A stretch of 64,000 nt of DNA, taken from Haliotis rubra (Eukaryota). The stretch lies in assembly GCF_003918875.1 (NCBI RefSeq), contig NW_025765203.1, positions 1,302,001-1,366,000 on the forward strand, written 5' to 3'. The position numbers and the translations under genes are program-made. Shown piece after piece: positions 36,596 through 46,500 of the stretch. Positions within the stretch are counted from its first letter, which is position 1; every line of letters begins with the position of its first letter. Under the pieces are notes generated by a model. The model saw only the letters and a list, made by a program, of their open reading frames with translations, was not told the origin of the DNA and made no database searches.

Positions 36596-39411
36596 CTGAG
36601 CTTTATAAATAGCAACACTTACATAGCATACCATTTTCTGACAAAAATGTTCTGAGCATTGATGGTACAGAAGGATTGTCATATTTAGGAGGGTCCTGAG
36701 AATAATTCCCATTTGGATTCTCTTGCCACCTTTATAGTCTTACTCAGAACTTGTGCTTTGATGGCTAGAGTAAACAAATAATTAAATGCATATTTAATGT
36801 TATTGGGCATGGACTTTGAGCTCTGATGTTCAGGCAATACTAAGTTTGATATTAACGCTGCTGAACATTTTAGGTCACATTAAATGGCAATATGATTACA
36901 AAGGTTGTGTCTGTTAACTGAAAATACCATGCTCTGGTACACACCATGATTGCCACAGCTCTGTGATGTTGTATACATTTAACTGAATGAAAGCACAACA
37001 AAACTTCTGATGGTTTAGGACGGGATGACCTAGTTTGCTTTCTTTGTATGTCAAGTTACCTGTTACCCACCTTGTACAGTGACTGGGTCACAATTATATT
37101 TGAAAATTATGTTTTACATGTTTTATGTGTGTTGTGTTTTGTTTGTAAGATAGCAAAGTTTATCAATAATTGAAACTTTGTAGAAAGGGTTTTAGCAATT
37201 TTACTGTGTGTGGTTTGTGTTGATGAGAAGAGAGACAAGTAATGAAGTTTAGCTTGAAATGTACTTTAACATATATTTGGCTGGAAGTGTTTTTCATTTC
37301 AATCTTCATTATGGTCGGAGGTCTCAAGTCTGTGACTTTGGTAGACAATATTTTTATAAAATATTTGGCAGAATGTACTGATCGATGCAATAGATCTGAT
37401 TTATATGTGAAAGTTAATTTCTAAGAAAGATTCTTCAAGACTGTATCAAATCAAATCAGCTCTTTGTGTAGTAACAACACATGTTCATTGCTGCAGCTGT
37501 ACATAGTTGCCTCCCTTGTTGAACGTGGTCATGGTGAAGCAATGGTCTTAAGGGACAAAATTAGCTTGCAAAAATCACATTATCAAACCTAATATTCTCT
37601 GTTTTTGATACTAGGTTAACAAACATGGTCAGCATCTACATCCAGAGTCACTTTATCTGTCCTCACACATTGCAGGAAAGTGATATACTGGTTGTAGTAC
37701 TGTGTACAACGTTTAACATCTGTTAATCATTTCTATGAAAGTCTGAAATTATGAGTTCAAATTACATGTTTATTGTGTAAAGGTTAATTTCATCTGTTAG
37801 GTAGACACTGTCAGGTTAATGTGAAACATTATGTATAGACTATTCCTTCTTATGCTGCCATATTTTCTCACCAGTCAATTTATAAATGTTCTCCAGGATG
37901 ATACTGATTGCATATCGATCAATTTGTTCATCAATCGAATTAAATGAAACTTTATGACATATTTTCAAATGAGAACTTTGTATCTAAAATTTATACTTTA
38001 TCTTCCATGCCTGTTAAGTTTTGTGTTAAACAAACCCAGTGAAATAAATTTATACAAAATACATTGATCACATACCTCATATATTTTGAAATGTAAAATG
38101 CTGATGGTATTGCTCCAGTTGTTTAAAACATTTGAATTCCAGTTTTAGGTTTTCATACCACTATACACTGTAACTATTGTGTCTTCATTGTTTATAACGT
38201 TGCGAATACTGAGTAGTTTTCTCATGTTCACTTGAATGTGTTGAGCATTATTTTAGTTGTGGAGTGCAAACATTATTGTTTTCTTTTAGCTACCCAATAC
38301 CTAATTTATTTTGTATTTACATGTAATAACTTGCTTCATACACACATATGTAATTACTACATATATCATATCACATCAACTGCAAGGCAGCAATTAGCAG
38401 GGCTCAGCCAATTTATTTGCCAACTCTGTACAAAACCAGGCTTTTAAATGCCATTTCATTTGACGCCTAGCTGGATAAATATGCGCTTTGATATTTATTC
38501 CTGTTCTGTGAGATGAATGATATGTAAATAGAACTGCCATCAAGTGTACATATTTGAGGATTGGAGCCGCCATGATCATCATTGTGTCAAGTGTTCACTA
38601 TCATTTACATCATTTATACTTAATGTCATCAAAAGTAGAAAATAAACAATATGAATAAAATAGATTGAAAATATTCCCTTCTCTGTTTTGTATTGATTGT
38701 ATCAACCAATGTAATGAGAGCTTACAGTTGTCATAGCAGCTTTATGTGTCAGGACTCAGGACTGGACCAGTGAGCTGCAGCCTTGAAGATGACCTTGACA
38801 AATAGCAATGCTTTAACCTATGGCTAATCTGCCACAGACCATGTGGTAATGCTGTGTGATACATTGACTGTATGGGGTTTTTTAATGTTGCTGATAGACA
38901 TTATTTCGCAGAGGCTGCATGGGTTCAGGGTATAAAACGTGGACACAAGATAGGGCTGTTTTGAACAATATTATGAAGATGAGCAGTTCCATGAAATGTT
39001 CAGTTTTGTATTACATGCATCCATGCCGCATTGTATTAACTTTATGTGACAAAATCGTCTCAAATATGTATTGTAACAGAGTTAGTACAGTGCCGTTCGT
39101 ACCAGATATTTAAAAACAATTAGGTGTTTGTCATTGCTGGTGTATGATGCACTATTAATTACACGTTGATACTTCCATTAAATCCCAACTAATATACTGC
39201 AAATTGTATTCCCAGTGTGACAGCTGTGGTGACTGTGTGATATCTGGCTGGGGTGCTATCTTCCTATCACCTGGACTAAGACTCAAACATTCAACAGACA
39301 GACAAGTTTATTCAGTAATGTCAGAATTTGGAATGCCAGAACACTGATCGCGGATCAGAACCATGATTTCGCCCCGATTTTGTTGCTGTGTTCGTCAACA
39401 CCAAAGTGGTG

Positions 39412-39666
39412 ACCTGTGAAGATTTGTCTTGTGATGACATCTGTTAGGATCCGGGTTAGAATTGGTCTTCATCAACCCATGCACGTAAGAGGCGACTAAC
39501 GGGATCGGGTGGTCAGTCTCGCTGACTTTGTTGACACATGTCATCGTATCCCAGTTGCGTAGATCGATGCTCATGGTGTTAATCACTGGATTATCTGGTC
39601 CAGACTCGATTTTTTACAGACCGCCGCAATTGCTGAGTGTTAAACAACAAACCACACAACCAACCA
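39412..39666 (+). mobile_element. SINE-like family A copy (small insertion in head)
   Basis: Shared head, body and AAACAACAAACC tail. Confidence 0.85.
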
Positions 39667-41937
39667 AAGTGATAAGGGACCGTTCAAACGCTTAAACCAC
39701 TAGGCTAGCCCACCGCCCTCATATAACAAGAATACTGTGAAAGGGGAGGCTAAAACAAATCACTCTCACTCACTCACTTACAAGATTATGCTCTGTCCAA
39801 CCCGATAGCTCGCTATATCGGTTAATGCAAACTTGTCATTACTCGCATTTGCTGCATTTAAATGGCTGTGGTCATGTTTTGCTTAAATATTGTATATATG
39901 TCCGTAGTATTCGTGGCTGAATATCACCTGACAGACAAACGATTTGTTTGCGACGTTCATCGCCGTCGATGTACATGGCCGTGCAATCAGTCTAGTCACA
40001 GAGTAGGTAGTAACACGGGGTACAAGGGCGACTACACTGAACGTTTTCGCGCCAGCATAGTGTAGATGAGTAGAGTTACTTCCCTTTGTTTTCCTGCGGT
40101 ACACAATCGGGCGTTTTTCAGCTAGTCGCATATGGAGAGATACAGTTGCCGAAAAATCTTTTTTCACAAAACGTAATAAAACGTTCTTAATGCAGTAGAT
40201 GTTGTTTGGTATGAGAATTACTTTTCAAGTGTAAAATTGAGGTATTACGACATATTTTGAAGTAGAAATATTTGGGAAGCCGAATAGGGGTTAACATGTT
40301 ACGTGGCATAAAATATGGCTACTACCATCGGGTGTACACTGTGTTGCAATTAATCAAAGTTGAAATTCTCCATTTTGAATATAGATTTATACTGTTTTTC
40401 ATATAGAATTTGGGATAGCCAAAATAAGACTTTCCTGTTTATGAAATTGACAATCAAATGATGACGCGAGGTTTAATGTTAGTTCTTTACTAGTTTTATC
40501 AAAGTTGGAACATTTCCAATGTCACAGTTTGGCAATAATTATCCCTCGGGTGAAAGATTTTGGTGTTAGTCTTTTGTTATATTTTGGGTATACCAAAACA
40601 AGAATTTTACACCGATAACATTCTAAAGGTCGTTGCTGACAACGGTTTAATGTTAATCTATTTCCACCTCAATTGATCAAGATGACATCTTTCCACATTA
40701 TATTTTGATTGTACATGTATTTGGAAAATAAACAGATTGTTACATTTGAACCTTCATTGTTACAATTGCCCCATCCACCTGTTATAGGGGTCAATTGTAA
40801 CACGTGCAGTCATTGCATTTGATACGTAATAACTTTGTAACGACATGATAGTGAACCACAAATGACACTGAGGTTTAAAGCCAAGATGCCAATGTAGTAA
40901 TTAGTACCGATTAACTTTGTGATAGGTCGACTAGTATCTAATTACATTAAGTTAAGTAAAAAGTGTTACAATTTCGACGATCTCCCCGTGCTTTACTGAT
41001 TTAGAGTCTATCATTAGTCAGTAACATTGTTGATATGGCGTATAAAATCTAGCACTCTCAATAATACACGTTCTTTCGTTAGCAAGCCCCCCGTTATTAG
41101 GAATTGTCGTTAGATCACATTCTTCATGTTAAAAAATCTCCCAGATGTGAACTATCTCAATATCTGAAAAAAATCTCCCAGATATGAACTATTCCAATAT
41201 CTGTTTCACACACAATTTGCACTCGTGCACTATATGTGTAAATCGGTCGCTGGTATTGAGGTCAGTCGTGGTATATACGTAGAAGGCACTCCCAAGACAC
41301 GTGAGTATATATACATCCTTCAGTGTCTTTGAGATATTCGTTGTAGCAGCATCGAGCACTATTTCACATCGTGTTTTGGTGCATATGTTGGATGTTCCGC
41401 TGTGTACGCTCGGGCGTATGTAGACATTCCCCATCAGCAGTTGCGGAGTTGACGATCATACTGTCATACCCAGTCGACAACGTGCTTCAAAATGTTGTGC
41501 GACTAATAACTGTGATGTTTACAATCCTGTGGTCATTTAGTGTTGTCATTGCGACACCTGCATGCAGGTTGACACCACGCATAATGTAAAATATGTGTAG
41601 CTACCCTGTACTTGCGTTGATATGCATTTGATATATAGGTCAAACACCTGTATATATATATCAGTGGCACACTCGAAGTGCCAAGTTCAACCTGAAGGTG
41701 ATCAACTTATTTGTTGTGTAACTAATTGTTTGATGGGCATTCTAGAAGTTGGTGAGTCAAAAATGAAACACAACTTTATGGATGACAACTTCTTGTTATT
41801 GCTTTAAGCAACGTTTCGATGTAGATGTTTACATCGTTATGAAACTAAATAACGAGTCCGTAACGTTGCTTAATGCAATAACAAGAAGTTGTCATCCATG
41901 AAGCTGTATGCCATGATTCATTCTTTATTGTGCAATA

Positions 41938-41975
41938 GCGACGTTTCGGTACAGATACTTATACCGTTTTCAAGC
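41938..41975 (-). ncRNA. Minimal type-I hammerhead ribozyme variant (Penelope-associated)
   Basis: Minus strand GC-UUGAAAA-C-GGU(AUAAGUAUCUGU)ACC-GAAA-CGUC^GC. This is a U3-A8 variant of the CUGANGA core, with stem II, GAAA, a palindromic ACGU stem III and a GUC site. Confidence 0.6.
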
Positions 41976-41993
41976 ATGAAGTGGTGATGAGTA

Positions 41994-42400
41994 CAGTGAA
42001 GCCTCGTTAATCCGGACGGTTGCGTTTCTCAGTAAATTCGTCAGGATTCCGAATAGTCCGGACTACTGAATCAAGACCCAAGTTGTTTCCCTAAGAATTA
42101 CAAAAACGACACGAATCTGGATAAAACAAATAAGCATTTAATGTAAAGCTTAATTCATCACATCAATAATTTTACCGAGTGACATCCGCATGTTGATCCG
42201 ACGTGTCTGATCACGTCCTTCCTCAGCACAGGTGAGGTAATGTCTAACAAGCGATCTATTGTAGTATGCCTTGAATGTCCGAATTATTCCTGCATCCATC
42301 GGTTGAATATGAGACGTGGTATTTACATCTTTCTTTTCCAGTCGGTTGAGGGTGTTGATGGTGCGGATTGCCACGTCACCATGTAGACGGCGAGTGAACT
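41994..42400 (-). mobile_element. Tigger/pogo DNA transposon fragment
   Basis: TA|CAGTGAAGCCTCGTTAATCCGG terminus and minus-strand DDE_1 remnant NTTSHIQPMDAGIIRTFKAYY. Confidence 0.8.
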
Positions 42401-43479
42401 GTTAGAAATTGTGAACAATGGGAATGACAAGTGTTTATGGATGATCAACTTCTTATTGCTGTATACTAATTCACCACTTCATGCCTAAAAACGGTATAAG
42501 TATCTACACCGAAACGTCGCTATTGCACAATAAAGAAGCTGATCATCCATACAGACTTGTCATTCCTATGTGTACACCTATCGTTATGTATATAGAAGAA
42601 CAGCGTCAGTGTGACTGAGCACATGACATGTCACGCACGCAGAGCATGAACATGCGTGTGTTCTGTTTCTACTGTAAAATACCGATTTCACGAGATCGTT
42701 TCAAACATTTGGGGTTTTTCAAATCTAGAATGGTTTTAGTTGAATATCGATTCTTCACATTGCAGTCTGGTAGTAAAATCTCAATATGAATAACTAATAA
42801 CTAAATTTGCGCGATTGGTAAATATTAATTCCACACTCTATTACTTACATCATATGATATCAGCTGAAATCACACATTCGATTTTGTATAACCCAAAACA
42901 AAGAAATATAAAACCATTACTAGTATATCGATTTGGCATATCTTTGGCAAAGTGATGGCAAGTTTTTCACTAATTTTAATACATTATTTCAGTGTAGATA
43001 TTTCTAAATATTAACGAATTATTTTCAATTGTCATATTTTAAAAACTAAATGATAAACAAACTTAATCATGTAATTGTATAAAAAAGCATGTTTAACATC
43101 ACAAATTCAAATAATTAGGGGAATTGTTCCTCACACGTATACCATATACACAGTGTCCATTAAAAACAATAATAAATTTCATTATAGATAAGTTACATTT
43201 TCATCATGATTCCATAAACATACTGCACACAGAATACAGGTCTTGGTCGTTGAAAAGTTGGTATGCTCCAAGGGAGGTAACCGCGGTGTGCTGAACACAT
43301 CGCTGCGCGAGTCGCGCTCAAAATAAGGCTGTCGAGATGGTATTTGACAAAATCGTAAACATGTTCCCCTTTCAACAATCACAAGGCATCACATGTCCAA
43401 ATTATGTAACTTTTGAAGACGATTTTTGAACACATTCTCAAATATTCGTGATGCATATATCTTCGTGACACAGACCTGG

Positions 43480-43544
43480 CCCACTTACCCGGTCACGTGG
43501 TACGTGCAACGAAAGGACGCCATTTTCCAGCAGAAACTGTGAAT
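43480..43544 (+). promoter_or_regulatory. Candidate promoter/5'UTR of the pogo-derived gene
   Basis: CpG-rich patch with E-box GTCACGTGG (43492-43500) and YY1-like CGCCATTTT immediately upstream of ATGAGAAAGAAAAAG|GTAAAG. Confidence 0.45.
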
Positions 43545-46500
43545 ATGAGAAAGAAAAAGGTAAAGTATGATCCAGCTTTGGTTATCTACTGCATGAAGCA
43601 ATGCCCATACTGTATTTTGTTATCAACCTTACCCATCGCCCTACTTGCAGCAGCATTCTAAATACTATCTCTCCTAGAGCATACATCCGTTACGTTTTGT
43701 TAATATTGATTGGAGTGGGTAGAGTTATGTCAAGACAGTAATCATAACAGTATATCGTTTCCTTTTGAACCATGATCTTTAAACGCCAAGCTCTTAATTG
43801 TAAGCACTCTCAAGTAGCGTTACCAAGAACTTGAAAACATTCGAGGACCAATTAAATTAGAAAATCAAAAGTGCCAGTAAAATTGATTTGCTATTTGAAT
43901 AGTCTCTGTATTGAAACATGCCTATTTCTCTTTTCAAAATATATGTTACATTTCTTAGCCTGATAGGGGCGGGGGTAGCCTTGTGGTTAAAGTGTTCGCT
44001 CGTCACGCCGAAGACTCGGGTTCGATTCCCCACATGGGTACAATGTAGAATAGAATAGAATAATACTTTAATGCCTTTCAGGAATTTGTGTTACATCAGC
44101 AGAGTTACTGACACATCAGAGAGATACCAATATATTTACATAAATTCATTGATTTAGGTATCTTCACATTTGTTTAAGAGAGATATGGTACTTGGAATAA
44201 AGGATGTACGGGCTCTCTTAGTTTTCACAATTGGAACTTTGTAGCGGCGGCCTGAAGGGAGGAGGTTGTATTCCGAATTTAAGTAGTGAGTACGGTCAGA
44301 TATAATTTTGACAGCTTGATTCACGATTTGCCGCTCATATATTGATGATAAACATTCAAATCTGACTCCAGCGATTTTTCTTGCAGTGTTAACAATTTTG
44401 TGTATTTTAGATTTGAGATGAACTGAGAGAGACCCGTACCAACAATGGAAGGAAAATGTTAAAATAGTCTCAAATGAAGCCCATTTCTGGTGTCCCCCGC
44501 CGTGCTATTGCTTGAATATTGCTAAAAGCGGCGTATAACCATACTCACTCAGTCTTATTATAATTAGCTTGATAAAATACAAACGTTGTATATTCCACGT
44601 TTTGTATATGCATATCCTAAACAAATCTGATTTACTACCACTACATTTCTGTCTGCTCACCCACAAACTATGCATCTTCTTTCACGCTTGTTTATGACAC
44701 AAGTGACGCTTGGAAGTGGGATCGCACCCAAAACTTGGGTTTCGTCGGCAGTAAATCTTAAAGAATCTTTAAAGTTAAGGAGAGTGAGTGAGTGAGTTAA
44801 GATTTACGCCGCACTCAGCAATATTCCAGTTATATGGCGGCGGTCTGTAAATAATCGAGCCTGGACCAGACAATCCAGTGATCAACAGCATGAGCATCGA
44901 TCTGCGCAATTGGGAACCGATGATATGTGCCAACGAGCCTGACCACCCGATCCCGTTAGTCGCCTAAAACGAATAGGTGGCACCTCTGGTCACTGTCAAG
45001 GTCATTAATGGAGTAAACAAGGTGTGTATCCTTCGAAGTTTTACATTCTAATTTCCCATCATGTTTGAATACGGAAAGTATACATATGCTGAAAGCATAA
45101 CGCATTAAATATGGACGTTTTGGGCTATAGTAGTTAGTTTCTAAGTAGTGTCACGTACCTTAGTTCTGCGTCACAGACAGCTTGAACGTTTAGGGCATGG
45201 AAACCCTTTCTGCACACGTAAACAGCTTCTTCGTCATCGCTGGGTCGCATGATAGGGATAAGAGTTCCATCGATACACCCAAGCACCTTTGGAAATCTAG
45301 CAATGTTATAGAAGGATTCCTTGGTGGCTCGTTGGTCGGATGCTGCCTTTGGGAATGATATTTGTTTCATAGTTGACAATAGCATCGTTTGTGCGGGTAA
45401 ATACCCGTGACACAGTGGACTGGGATACCCCATGCAAGTCCGCTAACTCAGAGAAAAACGATCCCTTACCATAATATCTGAGGGCAATTAAAACCTGTGT
45501 TTCCGGCGACAATGCATGAGAACGCTCGGTTTGGAAAGCAAGATGTGGTGATAGTGGGTTTACAAGCTCAAAAATGGCATGACGTGGTAGACGATATCGC
45601 CGGACTATGCTGTCATCATCCAGCGTATCGAGAACCCGAGTTCGGTCCCGAAATACCCTTGGTCGTGATGGTTTTGACTCGTTTTCAACTACGCCGAGGA
45701 GAAAATATGCAGCCATCTTAATTCTCAAGTTACGACAGAAATGTTTGATTTACGATAGGCGCTGGCCGTTCTTAAATTTTCTCTTAACTTTACGAGATGT
45801 TTTCACTAAGATAGCTTTGTGGATCGCTTAAGATTTCTGTCTTAAAGTTACGATAGGTTTACGATGTTCTTAGCGCTACGAACGCTTTGTGGATCGGGCC
45901 CCTGACCCGTTAGTCGCCCCTTATGACAAGCATGGGTTACTGAAGGTTCATTCTAACCCGGACCTTCACGGGTAACGAAAGAAGCGAGTAATACCGAGGT
46001 GATGGGAGTCTTCCACGTCTACTGCCCTGCTGCAGCCGGCAAGCACGGGTATGGTGCTGGCAAACAGTGAAACATAATCAGGGGCGCTTGGGACGAACCG
46101 GGATTCGAACCTACAATTGTAGAATTCTGGCGTAATCTACGGACTTAACTCTGCATACACGACTGGGCTACCCGCCGTTTAATGTCATTGAAGCGCATTT
46201 AACTGTCCAAACCATGCGCTGTCTCTTTTACTAGCTCAGATAAGTGAATGAGTATGGTTTTTCGCCGCTTTTAGAACTATACGACACTTCCTCAGATAAT
46301 AAGATGCAACGAGATTATAGAATCCCTTTAACACAAAACATTCATAAGAATTATGTCTAAAATGTCATCCATTCGCAATTCCAATATTCACGAAAATACA
46401 GATCATTTTCTTGCGTTCTTGACAATTTTTTCAGTTATGAATATTTCACTGAAAATTAACATATTTTAGCTGATGACCCGCCGTCTTATACACTGCTGCC

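Larger units (their letters stand above)
41765..42566. mobile_element. Penelope-like element terminal-repeat (pLTR) fragments in inverted arrangement, with an intervening Tigger/pogo fragment
   Basis: 41921-41987 is the inverted repeat of 42471-42537, 42421-42455 is inverted to 42534-42566, and 41775-41815 is inverted to 41862-41905. Each unit has a hammerhead-like core followed by AATAAA/AATAAC. Confidence 0.7.

Noticed and set aside
39790-40990. piggyBac-like end (..ATAGGGG|TTAA at ~40290) and pogo-like MITE end (~40750-40990)
   Set aside because: Only single termini were recognisable and no matching TIR/TSD pair could be confirmed.
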